A stretch of DNA of 64,000 nt from an uncultured cyanobacterium. GTDB taxonomy: Bacteria; Cyanobacteriota; Cyanobacteriia; Pseudanabaenales; Pseudanabaenaceae. A program made the translations under genes and the position numbers. The DNA lies in NCBI GenBank assembly GCA_963703315.1, contig OY969811.1, forward strand, positions 2,944,001-3,008,000. The letters are read 5' to 3'. The notes below the pieces were generated by a model. It ran no database searches. It had not been told where the DNA came from and saw only the letters and a list, made by a program, of their open reading frames with translations. This document shows positions 1-11,319 of this stretch, piece by piece (the first letter of the stretch is position 1; the number at the start of each line of letters is the position of its first letter).

Positions 1-2
1 CA

Positions 3-1085
3 ATTGATACGATTGCGCGACTTGGTGGTGATGAGTTTACAATTCTCGTGGATGACATTCAAGATGCGGGTGAAGCTCTCGTAGTTGCGAATCGGATTCT
101 CAACAAATTTCTCTCACCAGTAATTATTAAAGGAGAAGCAATTTTTCCGAGTGCTAGTATCGGGATTGTGATTAGTACTCCTGATTACGATAATTGTATG
201 GATTTGCTCAGGGATGCTGATATCGCCATGTATCGCGCCAAAGCTTTAGGTAAAGGGCGCTATACTCTCTTCGATCAAGAGATGTATGAGCAAACACTAA
301 GGTTGACGCAGTTGGAGAGTGAACTCCACTATGCGCTAGAACATCAAGAATTTGAGCTTTATTATCAACCAATTGTCTCTCTAGAAACTGAAAAACTATC
401 TGGATTTGAAGCCTTAATTCGTTGGAAAAATCCCAAACGTGGTTTTATTTCTCCCATCGAGTTTATCCCCCTCGCTGAAGATACAGGATTGATTATTGCT
501 GTTGGTGATTGGGTCTTAAAGGAAGCTTGTCATCAATTACAGCAATGGCTACAGCAATTCCCTGAAGCTGCTGGTTTGAAGATGAGTATCAATCTCGCTA
601 GTCATCAAATTCGTGAACCAGATCTATTAGATAAATTAGACAAAATTCTTGAAAAGACTGGTATTGATGGCAATTCCATCCGTTTAGAAATTACAGAAAG
701 CACCTTAATGGATCAAGGTGAAGAAACGATTAAGAAGCTTTCGCAATTAAGAGCGCGGAATATTCAATTGAGTATTGATGATTTTGGACAAGGCTATTCT
801 TCCCTTAGTTATTTACATCGATTTCCCATTAATATTCTCAAAATTGATCGCGCCTTTGTCAATCAGATGAGTGATGGTGGTGAGAATATCGAAATTGTGC
901 GGACGATTACGATGTTGGCGCATACTTTAAACATGAGTGTGGTTGCTGAAGGTGTAGAAACACTCCAGCAAGCCGAAATCTTAAAACAGTTAGGTTGTGA
1001 GTTTGGTCAAGGTTATCTCTTTTCTAGACCTTTAACTGCTGCCGATGCAGAAATGGCGATCGCCAAAAGTATAGCGCAAGAATAG
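3..1085 (+). CDS. GGDEF-EAL domain protein (diguanylate cyclase/phosphodiesterase), 5' end outside the window
   Basis: Frame open from position 3 reads IDTIARLGGDEFTIL (intact GGDEF); later YQPIV, FEAL, LEITES, IDDFGQGYSS, LKID and AEGVE EAL motifs. Confidence 0.93.
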   Translation: MDTIARLGGDEFTILVDDIQDAGEALVVANRILNKFLSPVIIKGEAIFPSASIGIVISTPDYDNCMDLLRDADIAMYRAKALGKGRYTLFDQEMYEQTLRLTQLESELHYALEHQEFELYYQPIVSLETEKLSGFEALIRWKNPKRGFISPIEFIPLAEDTGLIIAVGDWVLKEACHQLQQWLQQFPEAAGLKMSINLASHQIREPDLLDKLDKILEKTGIDGNSIRLEITESTLMDQGEETIKKLSQLRARNIQLSIDDFGQGYSSLSYLHRFPINILKIDRAFVNQMSDGGENIEIVRTITMLAHTLNMSVVAEGVETLQQAEILKQLGCEFGQGYLFSRPLTAADAEMAIAKSIAQE

Positions 1086-1125
1086 TTAAGAATGGTGGCG
1101 CTTTGCGCCACCATTCTTAACTATT
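1081..1125. repeat. Perfect 21-bp-arm palindrome with GGCGC-TTT-GCGCC core (REP-like / terminator)
   Basis: aatagttaagaatggtggcgc ttt gcgccaccattcttaactatt; left arm contains the TAG stop of the EAL gene. Confidence 0.85.
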
Positions 1126-1142
1126 GGAATTAGCAAAAGTTA

Positions 1143-1252
1143 TACTAAGTAGCTAGGCATAAGTAAACTTAAAACCTAGAAGCTTGTGCCGCCCGCTACG
1201 CGGGCGGCACAAGCTCTGGTTTTGGGTTTTAACTGTGCTGAGCTACTTAGTA
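1143..1252. mobile_element. MITE/REPIN-like element with TAAGTAGCT termini and central GC hairpin
   Basis: tactaagtagct...agctacttagta terminal inverted repeats around agcttgtgccgcccgc-tac-gcgggcggcacaagct; a related copy lies at 50053-50156. Confidence 0.7.
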
Positions 1253-1283
1253 TTACTTTTGCTAATCCTGATATAGAAGATTT

Positions 1284-2513
1284 ATGCATTACCAGCCAAA
1301 AACAATCAAGATTTTACGCTATCCATTTAGCCTCGTAATTAGCGCGATCGCTCTGATATCAGGAAGTTGCACTGTCATAGAACCTAGCCTGAAATCGCCA
1401 GTTGCTCAACCGACAGCATCAGCGATCGCTACGAATAATACAATTAATAAAGAACGTAATCCGACTGGTTTTAAACAAATTACATTAGTCAAAGATTTAG
1501 AAAGACCTTGGGGAATGGCTTGGTTGCCTGATGGCGCGATTCTGATTACTGAACGAGTTGGCAGAGTCAAAATCTTGCGAAATGGATTACTAGAGGAAAT
1601 TGCGATCGCGAATATTCCAAATCTATTCATATCTGGACAAGCAGGTTTGCTGGATATCTCGTTACATCCACGCTTTGACCAAAATAATCTGGTCTATCTT
1701 ACTTACTCTTCTGGAAACCTCCAATCTAACTACACCAGTGTTTTACGAGCCAAATTTGATGGCAAAGCTTTGGTTGAGCCGCAAGTGATTTTTGAAGTTA
1801 AGCCATCAAAGTCAGGAAATCAGCATTTTGGTTCGCGGATCGCTTGGCTGCCTGATCAAACAATGCTGGTGGCGATCGGTGATGGGGGAAATCCACCTTT
1901 AGCATTAAATGGTGAACTAATTCGCAATCAAGCCCAAAAGTTAGATAGTCAGCTTGGCAAAATTCTCCGCATCAAAGATGATGGCTCCATTCCCTCTGAT
2001 AATCCCTTTGTAAAAAACTCTAGCGCTAATCCTGCAATCTGGAGTTATGGACATCGCAATATTCAGGGGTTATTTGCTGATCCCTTATCGCAGCAAGTCT
2101 GGGCAACAGAGCATGGTGCAAGGGGTGGGGATGAATTAAACCTCATCGAAGCTGGCAAAAACTATGGCTGGCCAGTTGTCAGTTTTAGTCAAGAATATAT
2201 TGGTGGCAAGGTTTCCACCGAAACATCTCGTCCTGATATGGTCGATCCCAAATTGGTATGGACTCCTTCGGTCGCACCGTCAGGACTAATGATATATCGT
2301 GGCGATCGCTTTCCAGAGTGGAAAGGCAATCTCTTTGCAGGAGCCTTAGTATCGAAGGAAGTTGTTCGCATCAAAATAGAAGCAAATAAAACCGTAATTC
2401 AAGAAAATATTCCCATTGGGCAAAGGGTACGTGATGTAAGGCAAGGGAAAGATGGATTTATTTATATTCTGACCGATGAACAAGCGGGGCAATTGATTCG
2501 ACTAGAGCCATAA
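1284..2513 (+). CDS. PQQ-dependent sugar dehydrogenase (glucose/sorbosone dehydrogenase family), probable lipoprotein
   Basis: PWGMAWLPDG, GQAGLLDISLHPRF, HFGSRI, YGHRNIQG, EHGARGGDELN and GKNYGWP motifs; N-terminal lipobox-like ISGSC. Confidence 0.9.
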   Translation: MHYQPKTIKILRYPFSLVISAIALISGSCTVIEPSLKSPVAQPTASAIATNNTINKERNPTGFKQITLVKDLERPWGMAWLPDGAILITERVGRVKILRNGLLEEIAIANIPNLFISGQAGLLDISLHPRFDQNNLVYLTYSSGNLQSNYTSVLRAKFDGKALVEPQVIFEVKPSKSGNQHFGSRIAWLPDQTMLVAIGDGGNPPLALNGELIRNQAQKLDSQLGKILRIKDDGSIPSDNPFVKNSSANPAIWSYGHRNIQGLFADPLSQQVWATEHGARGGDELNLIEAGKNYGWPVVSFSQEYIGGKVSTETSRPDMVDPKLVWTPSVAPSGLMIYRGDRFPEWKGNLFAGALVSKEVVRIKIEANKTVIQENIPIGQRVRDVRQGKDGFIYILTDEQAGQLIRLEP

Positions 2514-2518
2514 GTCAT

Positions 2519-2557
2519 CCAAGAGAATTGCGGCGCTTTGCGTCGCAATTTTCTTGG
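2519..2557. repeat. GCGC-TTT-GCGT core palindrome between convergent genes
   Basis: ccaagagaattgcggcgc ttt gcgtcgcaattttcttgg. Confidence 0.75.
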
Positions 2558-2564
2558 GGATCTC

Positions 2565-3521
2565 CTAACTAGTTTGCTTGTAGCCTAGTTTTAAGAAAAT
2601 ATTTTCGAGAGTATCTTGAGTGCGATGGAAGTTAGAAATGGGAATTTCGGCTTCAATGAGAGATTTTAGTAATGTCGCGCAGTCTTCAATACTACCCAAA
2701 AACTGTACCCGCACGCTGGACACCCCCGATAGAACTTCTATCTCTTGGACTAGGGGCGATCGCCTTAATACAGTTTGCAAATCTTCGAGATTGCCTAAAG
2801 TTGAGATTAATAACTGTTGTTGATCCTGATTGCTGCGATCGTAAAGCTCTTGTAGACGCGAACTCTCAACTAGCCGACCTAGCTCCATAATACCGATGGA
2901 TGTACAGATTTCCGCCAGATCGCTCAAGATATGCGATGAAATCAGAATTGTCATCCCCTGTTGTTGCAGAGATTTAATAATATTGCGAACCTGCACCCGC
3001 GCAAGGGGATCGAGTCCTGATACGGGTTCGTCCAGCAATAGTAAGGTCGGGTTATGAATAATGCTGCGAGCAAGGCTAAGACGTTGTTTCATCCCGCGTG
3101 ACAGTGTGGCAATTACTTCATTCTTTTTCTGTTGTAATTCCACTAGCTCAATTACTTCATCCAATCTTTGCGATCGCTGTGGATCTCGCAAAAAGTATAG
3201 ACGTGCAAAATAATCAAGATAATCCCAAACGGTTAAGTCATCGTAAAGGGGAAAGTCATCAGGTAAATAGCCCAGTTGTCGCTTTAGTTCAGGATTATTG
3301 TGACCTCGTAAAAACCGCGCTCCATTAATATAAATCTCGCCTGCGGTAGGTTCTTCGGCAGCCGCTAACATCCGAATCAAGGTAGTTTTGCCAGCACCAT
3401 TAGGACCAATCAGTCCATAAACTTCACCGCGATCGATCTGCAAGTCGAGATGATTAACGGCAACATGATTATCAAACTGTTTTGTCAATCGGTGAGTGCG
3501 AACCGTCGGTACTACTGTCAT
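2565..3521 (-). CDS. ABC-2 type transporter ATP-binding protein
   Basis: Walker A GPNGAGKTT, signature LSRGMKQR, Walker B LLLLDEP, H-loop ISSH. Confidence 0.93.
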   Translation of the reverse strand: MTVVPTVRTHRLTKQFDNHVAVNHLDLQIDRGEVYGLIGPNGAGKTTLIRMLAAAEEPTAGEIYINGARFLRGHNNPELKRQLGYLPDDFPLYDDLTVWDYLDYFARLYFLRDPQRSQRLDEVIELVELQQKKNEVIATLSRGMKQRLSLARSIIHNPTLLLLDEPVSGLDPLARVQVRNIIKSLQQQGMTILISSHILSDLAEICTSIGIMELGRLVESSRLQELYDRSNQDQQQLLISTLGNLEDLQTVLRRSPLVQEIEVLSGVSSVRVQFLGSIEDCATLLKSLIEAEIPISNFHRTQDTLENIFLKLGYKQTS

Positions 3522-3624
3522 GAGATTGATCTAAAAGTTACAGCTATGTTAACCTTCACCTTGCAAATTGTGAAGATATTGCCAACACAACTTTAAATCT
3601 GACTCTACGTAACCACAACCCTAT

Positions 3625-5532
3625 TTATACATCTCCTTGTCGATAGCGATCGATCAAATTTGGTAAATGGTCAAAACCATCAACACCAATGATTGGGATT
3701 AATTGCGATCGCTGTTGTTGTAAAAGAGCAGCGAATTTCTCTGCCCCCAACTTTCCTTGCAAAATCACCACCAACGCTGCTGACTGTTGCCATGCTTTGC
3801 TATGTCGCTGTTCGAGCAGATACATCCCCAAACTCGCGTGATAGGTGGCTAGTTCTAATTGATTGAGTTGATAAAATGCTTCTCCAAGATAGGCATGACT
3901 AAGAGCTTGTAAATCGCGATCGCCGATTTGTTGAGTGATGCCAAGTCCTTTCTCTAGGGCAATCTGTGCTTGACTGGGCTGTGCGATCGCAATATAAGCC
4001 GTACCAAGTCCCACCCAACACAGTGCTTGATTTTGGAGATCATTCAGTTTCTCTGATAGCTTTTGTCCACGTTCCAAATGGTTGATCGGAGTTTCCAATT
4101 CTTCGGGAGTAATCGATTCCTGTTGTCGAGCTAGCATTACTTCGCTATAACCGAGATTTGCCAGAGCATTAGCTTCCCCTTGTCGATCGCCATGTTGTCG
4201 CGCTAAAATCACGGCTCTCTGAGCTTGTGATTCACTAGTATTAAAATCTTTTTGAATGAGACTAATCCGACTGAGGTGATTGAGATTGGCAATTTCGCAT
4301 TTTTGATCACCGACTTCACGGGCAAGATTGAGCGCTTCTTGATGCAGGGTGATCGCCTGATTGTGATGTCCCATCCAAGCTTGGGAATAACCTAAAACCG
4401 TGAGAATGCGTGCTTTTTCCTGAGTATTCTCTGATTCTTTGAGAGGCTGATCGAGATAGTTAATCGTTTCGCGGAAACTTTCACCAGAAAAGGAAGCAAA
4501 AACACCACCATAGAGCGGAAAGTTTTCGCGTTGGGCAAAGCTTCTCAATGTCTGTAAACTTAGTCGGAAGCAAATCTTGGCAAGATATTGGCGATCGCCT
4601 TCTGCTAATTGGGATGCATTGGAAGATACATTGGAGAAGCCACTACTGAGTTCTCCCCAAATCATCGCAAAGGCAATAAAGGTCACGCCTGTCAGATGTA
4701 ATCCTGCTTTAGCATCATAGGGTTGCTGATCAAACCAATGCACTAAGCCATTTTGTAAATATTGCAATAGGATCACTAGCTCAACCCAAGCACTGATATC
4801 AATGCTGAGTTGGGATTGGGCGATCGCTGCTGCCGATTGATTGAGCGCTTGTCCTGCAAAAAGATCGCGGGGTAGAGGACTAGTAATCTGTTGTGACCAA
4901 ATATGCCAAGGACCTGTTACTTTGGTGCGTTCAAATCCCACCTGTCGCTGTGGTTCATAAAGCCAACTAACGAGAGAACCTTCCAAAAGGTCAAAGGATG
5001 CTAAGCCGCGAGTCAGTCCATTGGCAAACTGACGTAATGTAAATGCTTCCGTATCATCGGGCAGACTTTGGGCAGATTGTTGTAATAATTGGGAAAGAAG
5101 TTGAATATGTTGACGTTCAAAAACGGGCGTATGATTGGGGTCAAGAACTTGGATCAAAGTGGATAAGCGATCTTGCGGTTCCGCATTCAGGATCGTCTGT
5201 AAACCTCTAGTGCAAGCATCTTGAAGTTGGTAGTTTTTTTGCCACTGTTCCCATGCATCCTTGAGAATCTTCATAGCGCGAAGTTTTTGAGTAGCTTTTG
5301 CCCTTTTCACTTCATCGGTTTGAGCATCAAAATTTGCTTGAAGCACATCAGCTTGTTCGGCGACGGCTCTCTCAAATATTTCCCCTGTGCCAGCTTCAAG
5401 ACTTTCGCTCAGAATGCGATAGACGTGTTCTTTGGAAAGCAACTTGCCATTTTCTATATTAAGAATTATGCGCTCAACAAAAATAATGTAGCGATCGCGA
5501 GTTGTTAGAGGTTTGTTGGCAGAATCTGTCAT
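3625..5532 (-). CDS. Tetratricopeptide repeat protein
   Basis: C-terminal TPR-like repeats (EANALANLG, ALCWVGLGTAY, HAYLGEAFY). Confidence 0.8.
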   Translation of the reverse strand: MTDSANKPLTTRDRYIIFVERIILNIENGKLLSKEHVYRILSESLEAGTGEIFERAVAEQADVLQANFDAQTDEVKRAKATQKLRAMKILKDAWEQWQKNYQLQDACTRGLQTILNAEPQDRLSTLIQVLDPNHTPVFERQHIQLLSQLLQQSAQSLPDDTEAFTLRQFANGLTRGLASFDLLEGSLVSWLYEPQRQVGFERTKVTGPWHIWSQQITSPLPRDLFAGQALNQSAAAIAQSQLSIDISAWVELVILLQYLQNGLVHWFDQQPYDAKAGLHLTGVTFIAFAMIWGELSSGFSNVSSNASQLAEGDRQYLAKICFRLSLQTLRSFAQRENFPLYGGVFASFSGESFRETINYLDQPLKESENTQEKARILTVLGYSQAWMGHHNQAITLHQEALNLAREVGDQKCEIANLNHLSRISLIQKDFNTSESQAQRAVILARQHGDRQGEANALANLGYSEVMLARQQESITPEELETPINHLERGQKLSEKLNDLQNQALCWVGLGTAYIAIAQPSQAQIALEKGLGITQQIGDRDLQALSHAYLGEAFYQLNQLELATYHASLGMYLLEQRHSKAWQQSAALVVILQGKLGAEKFAALLQQQRSQLIPIIGVDGFDHLPNLIDRYRQGDV

Positions 5533-5601
5533 ATAGATTTTATTTCTAGCTAATCAGTACAGGGCAAAAAGTTGCTTACAAAGGTCTTGAAACACTGCAT
5601 T

Positions 5602-6273
5602 TCACTCTAGCAGATCAGGGCGGCGTTGCTTAGTACGCAGGATTTGTTGTTCTTTTCTCCATTCTGCAATCAATTTATGATTACCCGATCGCAATACTTC
5701 AGGAACTTCCCAACCACGAAACACAGGAGGGCGAGTATATTGCGGATAATCTAACAATCCATCTTCAAAACTCTCAAACTTGAGCGAATCTTCCTTCCCA
5801 ACTGTCCCCGGTCTGAGGCGAACAACTCCATTAATTAATGCCAGTGCAGGAATCTCTCCACAGGTCAATACAAAATCACCAAGAGAAACTTCGCGAGTGA
5901 CTAAATGTTCGCATACTCGTTCATCAACGCCCTCATAGCTTCCACAAATGAGAACTAGCTGATCATAATTAGCGAGTTCCTTAAACATTTCCTGCTTCAT
6001 TGGCTCACCCTGCGGCGTTAAGTAAATTATTTCGCGCTTGGACAAGCTAGGTAATGATTCCACCGCCGCAAAAATAGGGTCAGGCTTCATTAACATTCCC
6101 ACACCGCCGCCGTAGGGTTCATCGTCTACGCGATGGTGCTTATCGGTAGTGAAATCTCTAGGATTGGTCAGATAGACGCTAGCAATTTGATTGGCGATCG
6201 CCTTACCTAGCAAACTGGTCTGCAATGGCGAAGTAAAAAATTCAGGAAAGAGAGTGACAATATCTATACGCAT
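5602..6273 (-). CDS. trmD: tRNA (guanine37-N1)-methyltransferase
   Basis: MRIDIVTLFPEFF, VDDEPYGGGVGM, CGSYEGVDER, SLGDFVLTCGE, YPQYTRP. Confidence 0.97.
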   Translation of the reverse strand: MRIDIVTLFPEFFTSPLQTSLLGKAIANQIASVYLTNPRDFTTDKHHRVDDEPYGGGVGMLMKPDPIFAAVESLPSLSKREIIYLTPQGEPMKQEMFKELANYDQLVLICGSYEGVDERVCEHLVTREVSLGDFVLTCGEIPALALINGVVRLRPGTVGKEDSLKFESFEDGLLDYPQYTRPPVFRGWEVPEVLRSGNHKLIAEWRKEQQILRTKQRRPDLLE

Positions 6274-6355
6274 AAATAAATTTTACCCGAACCAATGCTA
6301 TTTTTTGAAAGACTCACTGAGTGAGCTTTTCAAAAAATAGCATTGGTATATTTGG

Positions 6356-7606
6356 ATGTTAACTGTCTCTGAAGTCGAAAAAATAATTTTAGATTTAGTA
6401 AAACCTTTTAATCCTGAAATTGATAGTGAAATCTTGCCATTGTCGCAAGCGCTAAACCAAATTTTGGCAGAGGATATCCAAAGCGCCCTAGACTTTCCCC
6501 ATTGGGATAATTCAGCAATGGATGGCTATGCTCTGCGTTATGCCGATTTAGAAGATTTGCCAGATTTACAGTTAGCGATCGCTACCGACGAAATTCCCGC
6601 AGGTACAGCGATCGCTCCTCCCTTAGCTAAAGGTGAATGTATTCGCATCTTTACGGGCGGAATGCTGCCCATTGGCGCAGATACGGTGATTATGCAAGAA
6701 GATACTGAACGGATTGGTGATTTTCTACAACTTAAAGTCAAACCCATGCAAGGTGAATATGTGCGCCGCAAAGGTGAATTTATCAAGGCAGGGACAACTC
6801 TGGTTAAAGCAGGAGCTAAATTAGGAGCAACCGAAATTGGTGCAATCGCCTCTGCAAACTGTCAACAGGTCAAAGTGTATCGTCAACCTAAAATTGCCAT
6901 TATTTCTACGGGCAGTGAACTGGTGAGTCTCGGCTCTCAAGCACTTCAGTTAGGACAGATTATTGATTCTAATTTATATGCTTTGTCAGCCTTAGTAACC
7001 CAAGCTGGTGCGATCGCCATTCCCTATGGCTCAGTTCGCGATAATCAAAATGAACTAGAAGCAATCATTCAAAAAGCGATCGCCACAGCCGATATGGTTA
7101 TCTCTACAGGCGGCGTTTCCGTTGGTGATTATGATTATGTGGATGAAATATTGGAAAAGATCGGAGCGAATATCTATGTGCGCTCAGTGGCGATTAAACC
7201 GGGAAAACCTTTAACCGTAGCTTCCCTCACACGCACTCTTAAAGTGAATAAAAGTGAGGATAAAGTTCTCTATTTCGGAGTTCCCGGTAATCCCGTTTCG
7301 GCAATGATGAGCTTTTGGCGATTTATGCGTGGGGCGATCGCCAAATTAAATGGAACTAACGAAACTTGCTGGTATCCCGAATTTATCCAAGCAATGACTA
7401 CAGAGGATTTACATTCGCAAGGCAGACGCGAAACCTATCTGTGGGGAAGGTTAAGCTATCAAAAAGGGAAACCGATTTTTCAACCTGTGAGTAATTATAG
7501 TTCTGGAAATTTGATGAGTGCGATCGGTGCAAATGCCCTCGCTGTAATGCGTGTCAACCAAAGCTATCTGCCTGCGGGAGACCAAGCGATCGTCATGCTC
7601 ATTTAA
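6356..7606 (+). CDS. moeA: Molybdopterin molybdenumtransferase
   Basis: DNSAMDGYA, IRIFTGG, STGSELV, TGGVSVGDYDYV, IKPGKP, PGNPVSA. Confidence 0.95.
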   Translation: MLTVSEVEKIILDLVKPFNPEIDSEILPLSQALNQILAEDIQSALDFPHWDNSAMDGYALRYADLEDLPDLQLAIATDEIPAGTAIAPPLAKGECIRIFTGGMLPIGADTVIMQEDTERIGDFLQLKVKPMQGEYVRRKGEFIKAGTTLVKAGAKLGATEIGAIASANCQQVKVYRQPKIAIISTGSELVSLGSQALQLGQIIDSNLYALSALVTQAGAIAIPYGSVRDNQNELEAIIQKAIATADMVISTGGVSVGDYDYVDEILEKIGANIYVRSVAIKPGKPLTVASLTRTLKVNKSEDKVLYFGVPGNPVSAMMSFWRFMRGAIAKLNGTNETCWYPEFIQAMTTEDLHSQGRRETYLWGRLSYQKGKPIFQPVSNYSSGNLMSAIGANALAVMRVNQSYLPAGDQAIVMLI

Positions 7607-7658
7607 AGAATTTAGAGTGGCGGCGCAAAGCGCCGCCACTCTAAATTCTTTAAATGAG
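7598..7658. repeat. Perfect 29-bp-arm palindrome with GGCGC-AAA-GCGCC core
   Basis: ctcatttaaagaatttagagtggcggcgc aaa gcgccgccactctaaattctttaaatgag; the left arm includes the last two codons and stop of moeA. Confidence 0.88.
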
Positions 7659-7885
7659 ATTTGGTATAACTTATATATAACTATACAATTTGAAAAGTTA
7701 TAGACAATGTTTACTAGTCTTACACTAAACTAGTTAAGGCTGCGAGAGAAGAAATAGAATCAATCTGTTTCCATCAATCTGTGTGCAATTGACAACTATC
7801 GGTATCAAGCACATGTATGCAAAATTCTCATCTTATGTGTTGGGCATATTTTCTAGCCGCTTACATCATTGAGGATGTTTGTCGT

Positions 7886-9091
7886 ATGCCAGCAGATTCA
7901 AACAGTTTAGCGAATGAGAATATCCTGACTCTTTTAAGAGCATATAGAGTTTCTCCATCAGAAAACTTAGAACAGCAGCTTGTGGAAATTTACACAGGGT
8001 TAATTAGTGAGACAATCACTTCCTTGCCAATTTCCTTAATTAATCAAACTCGAATTGGCGATCGCCGTTCTAGCGATCGCGTAAATTTAACTGAACGCCG
8101 TGTGTCCAATCAAAGGTCTGGAGAACGTCGCTCTAGCGATCGCGAATTAATAGAAATTGGTAAGCAAGGCTTAAAGAAAGCAATCACCCAATTTAATCCA
8201 GACCAAAATCAAGATTTCTCAGAATTTGCGCGATCATATATATATCAGCACCTAGAGAACTTTTTGCAAAGACAACACTTAGATAACCGTAATGAGCCAC
8301 AGGATGAGGAAGATGTTGAACTTGTAGCTACACCTACACGCAAACAAGAAACTCTCGAAATTTTGCAAGCCTATCGGGCGAATCCATCCACGAAATTACG
8401 CAATCAACTCGTAAATCTAAATATCGGCTTAGTCCGCCGAGAAGCTTATCACTGGAAAAATCAATGCCAAGAAAGTTTTGAAGACTTAATGCAGGTTGGC
8501 TCAATCGGACTAATTAATGCGATCGAACGTTTTGATGTCAGTAAGGGCAACGCTTTTAGTTCTTTTGCCGTGCCATATATTAAGGGAGAAATCCAGCATT
8601 ATCTACGAGACAAAAGCCCCACGGTGAGGATGCCTCGTGCATGGTTAACAATCTATAACCAAGGTTGCAAAATTATTCGTAATAGACGGACAGAGACGGG
8701 GCGGGAACCATCTAGTCAAGAAGTTGCCGATGAGTTAAATATTACCGTTGGCGAATGGTATGACATCAAGCTTGCCTGTCAAAACCGATCGCCACTTAGT
8801 CTAGACACTCCCATCGATCAAAGTGAGGATGGGACAACATCCATCGGCGATCTCGTTACTGATCAAAAATATCAAAGTTTTCAACTCGCCCAAGAAGATA
8901 ACATCCGTCTCCAACAAGCTCTCGATCTCTTAGAAGATCGCACCCGTGAAGTGGTCGAATTTGTATTTCTCAAAGAATTTACCCATCGTGAAGTTGCCGA
9001 AACTCTTGGCATTAGTGCTGTCACCGTTTCACGACAAGTCAAGAAAGGATTAATTGCGCTCAAAAAGATTTTGGCTACGCCTATCGAATAA
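7886..9091 (+). CDS. Group 3 sigma factor, SigF/SigB-type, with N-terminal extension
   Basis: EDLMQVGSIGLINAIERFD, FSSFAVPYIKGEIQHYLRDK, region 3 GREPS, region 4 THREVAETLGISAVTVSR; ATG at 7886 follows GAGG. Confidence 0.9.
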   Translation: MPADSNSLANENILTLLRAYRVSPSENLEQQLVEIYTGLISETITSLPISLINQTRIGDRRSSDRVNLTERRVSNQRSGERRSSDRELIEIGKQGLKKAITQFNPDQNQDFSEFARSYIYQHLENFLQRQHLDNRNEPQDEEDVELVATPTRKQETLEILQAYRANPSTKLRNQLVNLNIGLVRREAYHWKNQCQESFEDLMQVGSIGLINAIERFDVSKGNAFSSFAVPYIKGEIQHYLRDKSPTVRMPRAWLTIYNQGCKIIRNRRTETGREPSSQEVADELNITVGEWYDIKLACQNRSPLSLDTPIDQSEDGTTSIGDLVTDQKYQSFQLAQEDNIRLQQALDLLEDRTREVVEFVFLKEFTHREVAETLGISAVTVSRQVKKGLIALKKILATPIE

Positions 9092-9129
9092 TAAAAAAGC
9101 ACTCACCGAAGGTGAGTGCTTTTTTATTA
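9089..9129. terminator. Bidirectional intrinsic terminator between the sigma factor gene and atpC
   Basis: taataaaaaagcactcacc gaa ggtgagtgcttttttatta, perfect 19-bp arms with A/T tracts. Confidence 0.8.
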
Positions 9130-9139
9130 CACCCAAGAC

Positions 9140-9544
9140 TTAAATCGCAGTAGTTGCTTGCACTCTAGCGCGAGCAGTCCGCAAGTTTTGTTCCGCTTGA
9201 ATTTTACCTTGCTTGTCTTCAGGCTTTAAATTAGCCAAAGCTTGTTCAGCTTGTTCTAACTTTTTACGGGCTTCTTCAGGGTTAATATCGCTACCCAATT
9301 CGCCACTACGCACCAAAACAGTGACTTCGTTTTCTTCGACTTCAGCAAAACCACCCGTAAGAGCGATCGCTGCCCAAGCCTTATCTTTACGAAAACGCAA
9401 TACACCTGTTTCCAGTGCTGAAATCAGAGGAGCGTGATCAGTTAAAATACCTAATTGCCCTGTGGAACTAGGTAAAATCACTTCCTCTGCCACAGTATCC
9501 AGAATCGTATGATCTGGAGAAATTACTTTTACAGTTAGGGTCAT
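9140..9544 (-). CDS. atpC: ATP synthase F1 epsilon subunit
   Basis: LPSSTGQLGILTDHAPLISAL, GGFAEV; directly downstream of the beta subunit. Confidence 0.97.
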   Translation of the reverse strand: MTLTVKVISPDHTILDTVAEEVILPSSTGQLGILTDHAPLISALETGVLRFRKDKAWAAIALTGGFAEVEENEVTVLVRSGELGSDINPEEARKKLEQAEQALANLKPEDKQGKIQAEQNLRTARARVQATTAI

Positions 9545-9574
9545 TTTTTAAAATATTTGGTAATAGGTTTTAAG

Positions 9575-9661
9575 TTTTAGCTTTTGGGCTGTTAGCTGTT
9601 AGCTATTAGCGTTTAGCTTCTCAAAAGCTAACAGCTAACAGCTAAACGCTAATAGCCAAAA
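9575..9661. repeat. Short tandem heptamer repeats (STRR-like, TGTTAGC/GCTAACA) in inverted arrangement
   Basis: ttttagc..tgttagc tgttagc tattagc gtttagc followed by gctaaca gctaaca gctaaac gctaata gccaaaa in the atpD-atpC spacer. Confidence 0.8.
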
Positions 9662-9664
9662 TGC

Positions 9665-11107
<1,443 letters not shown>

Positions 11108-11319
11108 TTACTCCAGCCTCTTAACTCAGAATCTAAAAAATTTGCGATGAAATGGCGTGCAAGAAGATGTATGCAAGAAAATGCAATACATCAGCCTGTA
11201 AAAGTTTAACTAAAAATTAAACTTTTCGCACTTACATATAAAGCTAACCGCTTCTCAAAATATCATTTAATGGGGATCGAAAGATCGCTGGTTTCCTGAA
11301 AACGATTAGATTTTCTGCT

